Assembly (NCBI GenBank): GCA_020348925.1
Contig: CP070758.1
Span: 4,525,775 to 4,589,774 of the forward strand
Reading direction: 5' to 3'
Length of the DNA: 64,000 nucleotides
Source of the DNA: Gemmatimonadota bacterium
GTDB taxonomy: Bacteria > JBHIER01 > G020348925
Below are positions 28,568 through 37,856 of this stretch, piece by piece. The notes under the pieces were generated by a model. The model did no database searches. It was not told the DNA's origin and worked only from the letters and a program-made list of their open reading frames with translations. Position 1 is the first letter of the stretch, and every line of letters starts with the position of its first letter. Both the position numbers and the translations under genes were made by a program.

Positions 28568-29122
28568 CTCAGAAATTATCTCCATGCGGACTTCGTCAGG
28601 AATGAGAGTGGTGACGGGGTCATCTACGGCGTGCGAGATGATCCCATCTCCGGCGGTATCCTCTTTTTCAGTACAATGGGCGATCCGGGTGCCAATAATC
28701 AAGTCTCTCCGGATGTCATCGCACCTCTGGATGGTGCCAGTACCGTCTTTACCTACGGTCCACCGGTGTATGAGGGGGCTGCCGTGAAATACGGTGGCGA
28801 TTCGTATAGAGTTGTCTTTTTCGGTTTCGGCTTTGAAGGTATCGTAAATTTGTTGGGAGACACCGAAACACTGCGGTCCCAGATTATGAGTGATGTCCTC
28901 TCGTGGCTTCACTTCAGCAACCAGAGGGGTGATGTGAACGGTGACGGAGAGATTGACCTGCTCGATCTGATTCGGACCGTCAATGTCAATCTTGGCGTTG
29001 AACCTGGGCCCACTGAATATGAGCTGTGGGCCTCGGACTGCACCAACGATGGCACCATCGACCTTTTTGACCTTGTGGGAACGGCCAATGTCATTCTCGG
29101 CACAGGAACCTGCGAACCGTGA
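28568..29122 (+). CDS. C-terminal fragment of a dockerin-bearing protein (5' end lost in gap)
   Basis: Frame open from the gap: LRNYLHADF...AAVKYGGDSYRVVFFGFGFEGI...; dockerin RGDVNGDGEIDLLDL...WASDCTNDGTIDLFDLV...ILGTGTCEP*. Confidence 0.85.
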   Translation, partial: LRNYLHADFVRNESGDGVIYGVRDDPISGGILFFSTMGDPGANNQVSPDVIAPLDGASTVFTYGPPVYEGAAVKYGGDSYRVVFFGFGFEGIVNLLGDTETLRSQIMSDVLSWLHFSNQRGDVNGDGEIDLLDLIRTVNVNLGVEPGPTEYELWASDCTNDGTIDLFDLVGTANVILGTGTCEP

Positions 29123-29247
29123 ACAATCAGGGATCCGCTAATTGAAACGTTGTCATCATTTTTTTGTGAGCAACACTCTCTACCAAGCACCTCAAATTAT
29201 TTAAGACTGCTTCACATCATGGTATTTCGAGACAAGGAGACGGAGTC

Positions 29248-29829
29248 ATGCTCAATTGCAGAACAGTAAGAGTGGTTTTCGTTTTGATAACCACTCTTCT
29301 CATCATTCAGTCTTCAACAACTCGTGCCACTGAGTTGAAGATTGGGCAAAAAGCTCCCAATTTTGAACTGCCCACAATCTTTGGCGATTCAACGTACAAT
29401 TCCAAGGAGATATTTCCGCAGAGCGCGTTGACAGTCCTCATCTTCTGGACAAGCTACTGCCCCGATTGCTGGAAGGCACTCAAAAGTTGCCACAACCTGG
29501 CCGAGAAGGTGAAGGAAATGGAAGTTCATGTTTTGGGCATCAATTTTGATGATGAGAAACTGGCCACTGTCCGGGGATTTATCAAGGGCGAAAAGATTGA
29601 TTTTGTCAACCTCTCGGATTTTCAGGGCAAGGTACCCCGTTCCTACAAGGCCGACGTGTACGATTTCAGCACGTTCATTGTTGATCGAAAAGGAATCTTG
29701 AAGTACGTCAGTTATGATCATCCGCCTGATGTTGACAAGATTCTATTGAAGGAGATTCAGAAAATCCTTGGTGAGAAGAAGGAGCAGAAATCGAAAGAGT
29801 TGAAACCGGATAAGGACAGGAAGGTTTGA
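29248..29829 (+). CDS. Exported TlpA/ResA-like thioredoxin-fold protein
   Basis: GQKAPNFEL...FWTSYCPDC...TFIVDRKG; signal peptide; AAGGAG RBS. Confidence 0.85.
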   Translation: MLNCRTVRVVFVLITTLLIIQSSTTRATELKIGQKAPNFELPTIFGDSTYNSKEIFPQSALTVLIFWTSYCPDCWKALKSCHNLAEKVKEMEVHVLGINFDDEKLATVRGFIKGEKIDFVNLSDFQGKVPRSYKADVYDFSTFIVDRKGILKYVSYDHPPDVDKILLKEIQKILGEKKEQKSKELKPDKDRKV

Positions 29830-30014
29830 AGTGAGCGTTCCCAGAGCGAGCCTTTCCACCGGCCTTTCTGGAAAAACTTGAGGTTCCGGATCCGCTCGTG
29901 TGCGGGACAGGAATCTCTTCCAGTCCGAAGGGACACACATGCAGAAGTGTTCTATGGAGGGTTGCGCCGACGGCTGGGGAATTCTTTTGATTTCATTCAA
30001 TAAAGGAAAAATAT

Positions 30015-31709
30015 ATGAGAAGAGCCATGAAGAGAGCAGCCGGTAATCCGTTGATGATGTTCTTCTTGTTATTTATTATAACGAGTGGTCTGTTACACTC
30101 TGCGTACGCTCAATCGTCAATGGCTCGGGATGATACGGTGAAGGTGCTGCAGGAAAGAATTCGAGTCCTTGAGGAGAGGATTGAAACCCTGGAGAACCAG
30201 ATTCCTGAAATGCCAGGGGCCGGATCCAGTGAAGAAAATCAGGCGCTGCTTTCAGCCTTGAAATCCCAGTTGACGGCTCTGGCTGAGGAAGTTGAGTCGC
30301 TCAAGCTGGCACTGGACATGCAGCAGGAGAGAATGGCCCGGGTGAAGGTTTCCGGAGAAGAGCGGGTTCGGTTCATGAATATTGATACCGACGGAGCGCA
30401 GGCAATCGGTGCCTACGATGAAGAGCTGAAGCAAGAGACGACGTTCAAGTACTATTTGCGAATGGAGACCAGTGTCTCAATTTCTGAAAATCTCATCGCC
30501 GGGGCGAGGTTGCGGTTGACGAATGTCGACAAGACTATTCTTGACCTCGGCCCTGAATATCTTTCCCGGCAGGAGGGGAGTGCTTTTCTGAAGTATGCCC
30601 GGAAGGAATTCAACGGAATCATCGGGGCGTACGATATTCATCTGACACCGTTCACCCTGATGCGGTGGGACCAGGAGGACAATCCCGAGGGTGGCGGTGA
30701 GGCCGGAGGTGGGTGTCTGCCGTGCGGGGGAATTGCCGGCGCCATACCGCGCGAGAGCCTGGAGGAACTGACCCCGGTACTGTCCTTCGAAGGGGCACGA
30801 CTGAATGGGATGGTCGGAGACTTTGTCGATGTCGTCGCTTTTTACGCCCGACCTCTCCATCCCGGTAGCAAGCAATACCGGCAACATATTGTTGGTGCGC
30901 GAGCCAAACTTCTCAGTTACCACCGGCCGAGTACGTCCTTTCGCCACCTGGGCCTGACGGTGATGACGGTTCGGGATGAAGCATCCTCAATTTTTCTTCG
31001 ATTGTCATCATCGCCTCCGGCTTTAGAGAACAACATACTTGGCGTAGATGTCCATGTTCCCGTTAGTGAAGGATTCCTCCTCCGCGGGGAATGGACGTAT
31101 ACAGAGGTTACGCTGGATTCGGTCAAAGCGGGTCGCGAGAGATACGATGGGCACGGTCTTCTCGTCGGTTTCAAACTGCAGTATCCTGTAACATTTCTTA
31201 AACTTCGCTGTTCCTATGTGCGCCTTGACAGCACTTTTCAATCGGCGTATCGCGCCGTTTCGTATGTGGGAAATCGACATGGGATTCGTGCTTCTTTGAC
31301 CCTGGAGATTCCCCGGTGGAATTCGTCTGTCTCGGCATTCGCAAAAATTATGAAGGCTATTGACGCGTTCGATCCTGAGAAGGCCGACCTGAACAAGGAC
31401 CCGATTCTATTAAAAAAAGACCTGACCGAGACCTTCTATACCGGCAGCTTGGGTCTGTCATATAACCCTGTAAAAAATGTCCTCATCAGACCGAGTGTCA
31501 TCTACCGCGGCAGTCGTGGAGATACGAAAGGTATTGCTCGTGAAGTCAAAGATGATACTTATTTCTACATCGGTGAACTCGTCTTCACTCTTCATAAGGA
31601 CAACGAATTTATTATAAGATATCAGTACATCAAAGCAAAGGATAAGATTGATCCAAGCCTCGATTATTCTGCCGAGACCCTCTTCACACTCTTCAGCCTC
31701 AGATTTTGA
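30015..31709 (+). CDS. Putative outer-membrane beta-barrel with N-terminal coiled coil
   Basis: Signal peptide (SAYA-Q), heptad coiled coil, alternating amphipathic strands, terminal LFSLRF (BAM-type Phe); internal GGGCLPCGG. Confidence 0.65.
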   Translation: MRRAMKRAAGNPLMMFFLLFIITSGLLHSAYAQSSMARDDTVKVLQERIRVLEERIETLENQIPEMPGAGSSEENQALLSALKSQLTALAEEVESLKLALDMQQERMARVKVSGEERVRFMNIDTDGAQAIGAYDEELKQETTFKYYLRMETSVSISENLIAGARLRLTNVDKTILDLGPEYLSRQEGSAFLKYARKEFNGIIGAYDIHLTPFTLMRWDQEDNPEGGGEAGGGCLPCGGIAGAIPRESLEELTPVLSFEGARLNGMVGDFVDVVAFYARPLHPGSKQYRQHIVGARAKLLSYHRPSTSFRHLGLTVMTVRDEASSIFLRLSSSPPALENNILGVDVHVPVSEGFLLRGEWTYTEVTLDSVKAGRERYDGHGLLVGFKLQYPVTFLKLRCSYVRLDSTFQSAYRAVSYVGNRHGIRASLTLEIPRWNSSVSAFAKIMKAIDAFDPEKADLNKDPILLKKDLTETFYTGSLGLSYNPVKNVLIRPSVIYRGSRGDTKGIAREVKDDTYFYIGELVFTLHKDNEFIIRYQYIKAKDKIDPSLDYSAETLFTLFSLRF

Positions 31710-31846
31710 AAATTGACGATTTTTCCATTGTTCCCAAAACCGGGTGAAAGAGAGACGTGTTGTGCATATTGGTGATTTCGTTTCACTCCGGTCAGATATT
31801 TCATAAACCGTAATTTGCGATTTTTAGTAACTGCTTTAACTTAACC

Positions 31847-31931
31847 ATCATTCTGAGTCCGAGTTATCGAGCGAAGAATCTCTGACTATGTGAGTGAGTT
31901 CTTCATTTCGCTGTGCTTTGTTGAGAATGAT
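31847..31931. repeat. Degenerate palindromic REP/MITE-like intergenic element
   Basis: ATCATTCT...GAAGAA...TTCTTC...AGAATGAT nested inverted arms. Confidence 0.5.
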
Positions 31932-31982
31932 AAATCCGGCAAACAGATCTCATAAATTGCTCAGTTTTGGATAAAAAATAAC

Positions 31983-32011
31983 TTGACAATATAACGAAAA
32001 GATCATATTTT
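31983..32011 (+). promoter_or_regulatory. Putative sigma70 promoter
   Basis: TTGACA (31983-31988), 17 nt spacer, TATTTT (32006-32011), with an A-rich UP-like tract upstream. Confidence 0.6.
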
Positions 32012-32437
32012 CGAAAAACTGGTATTTTATAGTAAGTTGATACATCTTACTCAGGTCGCAACCCAGTTGTTTTTGTCATTACTGCCGAAGATGCAGCTAT
32101 CGAGGAGACAAGGAAAGAATGGTGTGTCTTGCAGCATATTCTGTTGCTCCTGTGATAGGTATTACTGTCATACCCATTTCTTTGGTCCGGGTTGTACGGT
32201 CATTTATTGAAAACTGAGCGCAATATCCTTAATGATCTCAACATGAAAGGCATGTCATTTGCTCCTTTGTAAGGTACGGGGAAATGTGACATGCCGTGTT
32301 GACTTTTCTTGGTAAAGGAAAGTTCGGACGGTATCATTGAAGCTCATTAAGCACGCTGAATTCCGATTCGAGTGATATAGCGAAGAATAAGTAAGAACAG
32401 CTTTCTTTTTTAAGTACTCTCTCCAGGAGGTTCTGAG

Positions 32438-34636
32438 ATGAAGAAAATCATACTGTCACTGATCACCCTGACTTTGATTACAGCTGTCATTTTTCAAATC
32501 CCTGGGTTCATGTCGGTCTTTCGGAGTGATGTGCGGACAACCGATAGCATTGCGTTCGCGCAAGTTCTCCGCCAAGAAAACACGGAAAAGATTATTCCAG
32601 GGATAGAGGAAGAACAATTTATCAATCTCAGAATTGATATTGCAGTTGAAGATGCAAATCTTTTAATTAACAGAACTTACGAAGTTGAAATCCAGTACGA
32701 GAACGTCGGGACTGATCCTGTTGACAGTGTAAACCTTGTGTTTTATGCCCCCAATCACCATTCGGGCAACTATTATACGATATTGAAATCCGATATAGGC
32801 AATTTTTGTCCTCGAGACGCAACATGTGACGTTGTTTCGGACGGTGACACACTCCATACGATAAGATTTGCGTTGCAGGATACCCTTTTCCCCTCAGGAG
32901 GGGGTACAATTTCATTTACACTGGAAGTCATCAACCTTTTACAATGCAAATCATTGAGCAATTGCGTCGATATTTCAGCAAGAGGGTACACTGCCAGTGA
33001 GGTCTGTGAGGAGGTCGAGGTGAACTTGCCGGATCTCGTTCCGACATTGGAATGCACTCTCAATTCTGTACTGATATGGATACACAATTTGGAATGTGAA
33101 ACGCTGATGGATGCTTTTCGTGTTACGTTTATTGTGGAAGGTCGTGATGACAGTATCCACCAAAATATCCATTTAACGATCCCTGCCGGTGACAGTGTGG
33201 CTATTCCCTCGCGATGGGTAGCGCCTGCGAGTGGTTGGTACAGGTTTCATGTTATCGCCGATTCTGACAGCATGGTGGTTGAAACGAATGAAGAGAATAA
33301 CAGCGCAACAGATTCTTGCGAGTACGATGATGATGGTCCGCCGGTTATTGACCTTGCTCCACAGCTCGATTTGATATATGAATCCTGTTGTGGCTCCTCC
33401 CGTGTCTGGATTGGAAACTTTGGAAATGGGGACGTGAACAATACTTTTCAAATTACCTTTCATGAAGGGAGTATCACCGGTCCTGAGGTGCATAGCGTTT
33501 CCATTGATCCCGTTTTCCCTGCTTGGGGAAGCACCACACTTTATGTGGATTTCGATTGTCCAATCCCTGGGGATACGATCATGTATTACGTTCATGTGGA
33601 TTTCAATAATACAGTTACCGAGATAGATGACGCCACGCTCTTTTACAACAACATAGATTCAGTATCCTGCTATTGCTGCGGCTTCTGTGATCTCGAAGTG
33701 ACGAAAACTGCTCAAACCCTTGAAACGTGTGAATGGGAGGGAAGAACCTATGGGTGCGTTTCGCCTGGAGAAATCTACACATACAGCATAACCTTGGAGA
33801 ACACCGGTACTGCGGCGTGCACGAATGTTACCGTTACCGATAATCTTCAGGGTGAAATCGAAAACGTTTTTAATGTCTCTCCAGCACCTCAATCCGTCTC
33901 TAATTTGACAATTCAATGGGTCTTCTCTTCGATTCCAGCCGACACGACAATCTCTCTAACCTTTGATGCCCAAGTGAGGTCGAGTCTTTTACCGGGAGAA
34001 TATCTGATTATCAATGACGTCGAAGAGGATGTAAAAAACAGTAGTGACCGTGATACGGTCATCGCAGTTAATCCTTGCGATTGTCCGGTTTTATCGGTGG
34101 ATCGACCGACACTATCCTGTGGAGGGACAGTTACTATAACAATCCAGTCGTGTCCTCTTGATTCACTACGGTTGGTGTTAACATATCCCAATGGCAGGGA
34201 TACCACGTTGTGGAATGATTCGAACATACCGGAGAATTGGTCCCGTAATTTCTCTAACACCGATTACGAAGGACAATACACTGTGTCATTATTTACTACT
34301 GACTTTATGGCAAAGAAATGTAGTACGGAGGTTCATTTCACTGTCGATTGTGAGCCGACATTCTATCTTGACAAGAATAAGACAACATCATCGGAGCAAT
34401 GGGTCGAGGCCATCTTTCGTGTTACAAAAGATGCGCACGTGAAAATGTATATTTGTAACCTCGTCGGTGAGATCATTCGGGAGCGTTTCGTTGATCGTGA
34501 TTATCCCGCCGGTCCTCATGATGAACGGTGGGATCTCAAGAACGATGACGGGGAACTCGTTGCCAGCGGAGTGTACGTCTTTGTCATGGAGACCGGCCAG
34601 ATCGTTGATTACAGGAAAGTGGCGGTTCTTCGATGA
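32438..34636 (+). CDS. Secreted Cys-rich Ig-fold surface protein (DUF11, CARDB-like domains) with FlgD-Ig/CTD-like C-terminus
   Basis: PDL...VIADSDSMVVETNEENNSA (CARDB); DLEVTKT...YTYSITLENTG...NVTVTD (DUF11); CNLVGEII...WDLKNDDGELVASGVYVF; CAGGAGG RBS. Confidence 0.75.
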   Translation: MKKIILSLITLTLITAVIFQIPGFMSVFRSDVRTTDSIAFAQVLRQENTEKIIPGIEEEQFINLRIDIAVEDANLLINRTYEVEIQYENVGTDPVDSVNLVFYAPNHHSGNYYTILKSDIGNFCPRDATCDVVSDGDTLHTIRFALQDTLFPSGGGTISFTLEVINLLQCKSLSNCVDISARGYTASEVCEEVEVNLPDLVPTLECTLNSVLIWIHNLECETLMDAFRVTFIVEGRDDSIHQNIHLTIPAGDSVAIPSRWVAPASGWYRFHVIADSDSMVVETNEENNSATDSCEYDDDGPPVIDLAPQLDLIYESCCGSSRVWIGNFGNGDVNNTFQITFHEGSITGPEVHSVSIDPVFPAWGSTTLYVDFDCPIPGDTIMYYVHVDFNNTVTEIDDATLFYNNIDSVSCYCCGFCDLEVTKTAQTLETCEWEGRTYGCVSPGEIYTYSITLENTGTAACTNVTVTDNLQGEIENVFNVSPAPQSVSNLTIQWVFSSIPADTTISLTFDAQVRSSLLPGEYLIINDVEEDVKNSSDRDTVIAVNPCDCPVLSVDRPTLSCGGTVTITIQSCPLDSLRLVLTYPNGRDTTLWNDSNIPENWSRNFSNTDYEGQYTVSLFTTDFMAKKCSTEVHFTVDCEPTFYLDKNKTTSSEQWVEAIFRVTKDAHVKMYICNLVGEIIRERFVDRDYPAGPHDERWDLKNDDGELVASGVYVFVMETGQIVDYRKVAVLR

Positions 34637-34739
34637 CGGTCTCTTTTAAGGGAGAACACTCAGTGGAGGCGAAGGAAGAATTCTTGAAAAAATTTGAGTG
34701 GAATACGATAATCATGCTCTGCAATTCAAGGAGGAAGCG

Positions 34740-36176
34740 ATGAAGAAAACAGGTATCATGCTCATTTTCTTGCTGCTTTTGCCGGCACTGACTTTCCCCC
34801 AATTTGAGAGTCAGACGCCAGGAACGACCGGGGCTGACTTTCTCAAAATCGGTGTCGGTGCCAGGCAGGCGGCCATGGGGAACGCCTTTACCGCCATCGC
34901 CGATGACGCCACGGCCATCTATTGGAACCCCGGTGGGCTGGGCTTTGCGAATCGTTGGAATATCAATATGGCGGGAAACAGATGGCTCTTTGACACATGG
35001 CACGGATCGTTTTTCGCTTCGAAGCATATTTGCGTTTTCGGCTATCAGCGAACGGCCCTCGGCCTGGGTGCCGTCGGCCTGGGTATGCCCAATTGGAACA
35101 GTACCAGTAATCCCGATGCAGTCCAGGGCAAAGCCAATGATCTGGCCATCATCGGCTCGGTGGGCCAGAGGATCGATTGGCTCAGCCGCAATCTTTCAAT
35201 CGGCATCAGCGGGAAGTACATTCAGCGGACGCTGGCGGATGAGTCCGCCAATGGTCTGGGAATGGACGGCGGTCTCATGTTTCGGGCCGGGCGCTTCAAA
35301 ACGGGTCTGGCAGTAACGAATTATACCATTCAAAAAGTCAAGTTCATCGAGGAGAGTTTTAAACTCCCGACAACCCTCCGCGGGGGCATGAGTCTTGCCC
35401 CTGCCCGAGGTTTTCTCCTGGCCGTCGATGTGAGCAAACCCATCGACAATGAGGCAAAAATTCATTCCGGGGCCGAGCTATGGGTGAGCGACGCTTTGGC
35501 CGTACGCTTGGGGTATAAGGCGAAAACCGGAGGTCCGGATGATATTGGTGTCAATGATTTCAGCGGATTCACGGCCGGTCTGGGCCTTCGATGGAAACAG
35601 TGGCAATTTGACTATGCCTTCAGTAATTATGATGATATTGCCAATGATGTGCTCAATGCGACGCATCAATTCTCCATCTCGCTGCGGTCGCCGAACGCCC
35701 TGGACCCGTTCAGTCTGAAGTCGCCACCTGAAATTCTGGATTATACGAAAGATCCGATAATCCTGATATGGGAACATACGTTTGAACACGATCGCGACCG
35801 ACCGGCGCACTACCTTGTTGTCATGGATGGGAGCTCTGTCCATGTTCAACAGGCTGTTGCCCAGTTTGAACAGTCCCCTAATCCTGCAACTATCTCAAGG
35901 ATTCGTGGCGACGAGAGTTTTGTATTCTCCGATACGTTTGAAATCAATTACGAGTCTTTCGATAAATGGTCTGAAATGGTTGATGGCGAAACCAAATGGT
36001 ATTTTGAGGTGGATGGAGATACCGTCGAGATACACGAAGGAGATACGTATTATTGGACCGTTCTGGCTCTTGAACCGGAAACCATGCTGTGGAGGGTGTG
36101 CAAACAGAGGGTGGGTCAATTTACTTTCGGGCCAGGACCAGAAGAGCCGGATCCAACATTCAAGCCTTACAAGTAA
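34740..36176 (+). CDS. PorV/PorQ (UPF0164)-family outer-membrane barrel with C-terminal extension
   Basis: GADFLKIGVGARQAAMGNAFTAIADDATAIYWNPGGL; LPTTLRGG; GAE...AVRLGY; FDYAF; THQFSI; about 150 extra residues after the barrel. Confidence 0.85.
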   Translation: MKKTGIMLIFLLLLPALTFPQFESQTPGTTGADFLKIGVGARQAAMGNAFTAIADDATAIYWNPGGLGFANRWNINMAGNRWLFDTWHGSFFASKHICVFGYQRTALGLGAVGLGMPNWNSTSNPDAVQGKANDLAIIGSVGQRIDWLSRNLSIGISGKYIQRTLADESANGLGMDGGLMFRAGRFKTGLAVTNYTIQKVKFIEESFKLPTTLRGGMSLAPARGFLLAVDVSKPIDNEAKIHSGAELWVSDALAVRLGYKAKTGGPDDIGVNDFSGFTAGLGLRWKQWQFDYAFSNYDDIANDVLNATHQFSISLRSPNALDPFSLKSPPEILDYTKDPIILIWEHTFEHDRDRPAHYLVVMDGSSVHVQQAVAQFEQSPNPATISRIRGDESFVFSDTFEINYESFDKWSEMVDGETKWYFEVDGDTVEIHEGDTYYWTVLALEPETMLWRVCKQRVGQFTFGPGPEEPDPTFKPYK

Positions 36177-36189
36177 GAGGAGGTCTTTA

Positions 36190-37755
36190 ATGATGTCACG
36201 AAAAATTCTTTTCAGCTTTTTGGCTGCATTGTTGCTGTTGAGCCTTCTTCCGATGTGTGGGCCGAGGTTGATCAAGCTGAGGCCGTTCATGAAAGAGTGC
36301 ATCCGCATGGAAACCGATCAGTGCGATTGGGGGAAGATGGGATCGCCCCTGTGGGTTGTGCAGGGGGATTCGGTTCAAATACACTCAACGATTTTCAACC
36401 AAGCAGGAGCAGGTTTTGTCGACGATCTTCTTATTCACGTCTATGATTCAACGATGGTCGCATGCCTACAGCTCTATGATCTCATCGGCACCCATTGGAT
36501 CAGACCGTTACCGGAATCCGATGATTGCGAGCCTTCGGTTCCATGGAGGGTTCCCGTGCCGTCCCAGAAAGAAAAGACGGCCATTCACGCCCGGAATCAG
36601 AACTATAAGCGACATATATTCTATACGCTTATCGACCCCTACGACAAGGTGGATGAGAAGATAGAGAGCAATAACGTCGCCCGGACGCCGGTCAATGTCC
36701 TGTGGAAACCTGAGCTTGAAATCACGTCGCAGGCCAAGAGTTCCATACGATTGGTCGATAGTACATACATCAATGTGGAAAGCCCCATCATTCCCATAGT
36801 CTTCTTTGGGCCGCAGAGTGCTGAATTGACAACCGATGATGAACGTGACAAAATGTTGAAGGAGATCGGAAAAAGGCTCCATAACAATCCTCAAGTTTCA
36901 CTTGTACTGAAGGGCTATGTTGACGTCAAGGATGAAATCGGAAACAGTGAGTTGGCCTTGCGAAGGGCGGAGAGTGTTCGAGAAGCTTTGGAAGCGTTAT
37001 GTCCTCATTACAAGACAGATATCCGGATAGGGCAGGGACATGATATCAATGAACCATTCTGGAGGAATCGGGAACAACCGCCTGAGAGGGACCTTCAAGA
37101 ATGGCAGCAGGAGAATCGTAGAGTTGAAATGGAAATCAAGATCGATGGTGCATCTTATTTCAATGGAATGGAACTGAGCGCATTGAAAAAAGATGATGTT
37201 GAGAAACTGGCAAAACTTCTTGTGCAAAACCAGGACATCGTCCTTATTCTCGAAAAGCCTTATCTCCCTGAGATACCACACGAACGACTCAATTTACTTT
37301 TATGGGAGTTACAGCAAGGTGGTGCGCTCTCGGTCGATTCGCCCGTACCCTGGAGGATCCCTCCCGATAGAACCGCCCATATCATGCCTGAGAAATGGGC
37401 GGAAATAGACACCCTGTTGAAAAAGTGGCAAAGCGAAGAGTTTCATGTTTTAAAGGAAATAGACGGGGAAAAGCGGCAATACCTCCAATGGCCGGATATG
37501 TCAACGCTTCCTCGAGAGACCGTCATCAAAGAGGATGACCCATGCCGGCAAGACGACGATAATTATGATCTCTCAAAAAAAGTGTATATCCGGACATACG
37601 CCTGCACAACCGCCGCGCAACCGGAGAGCCTGATGGTCAGCGGAGATCCGATCCTGTTCGAGCCGATTAGGGCTCGATACCAGTTTCAAATCATCTCACA
37701 AGATGATGGGAAGGCAACGTTCAAGATTCTGAGCTCGGCGGGAACGAGGGATCTG
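36190..37755 (+). CDS. Putative lipoprotein with CARDB-like and OmpA-like (peptidoglycan-binding) domains; 3' end lost in gap
   Basis: Signal peptide ending LLPM-C; IDPYDKVDEKIESNN; VFFGPQSAEL...LKGYVD...LALRRAESV...QENRRVE. Confidence 0.72.
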
Positions 37756-37855
37756 NNNNNNNNNNNNNNNNNNNNNNNNNNNNNNNNNNNNNNNNNNNNN
37801 NNNNNNNNNNNNNNNNNNNNNNNNNNNNNNNNNNNNNNNNNNNNNNNNNNNNNNN
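37756..37855. other. Assembly gap (100 N)
   Basis: Run of 100 N; genes on either side are unrelated and both truncated. Confidence 0.99.
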
Positions 37856-37856
37856 C

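Noticed and set aside
28388-28912. ORFs spanning N-gaps (also 35782-37875, 40101-44216, 43901-44461)
   Set aside because: Artefacts of reading through 100-N placeholders; the two sides encode unrelated proteins.
35782-36189. Long N-terminal extension of the OmpA-like protein
   Set aside because: Overlaps the PorV-like gene; the RBS (GAGGAGG) and signal peptide point to ATG 36190/36193.
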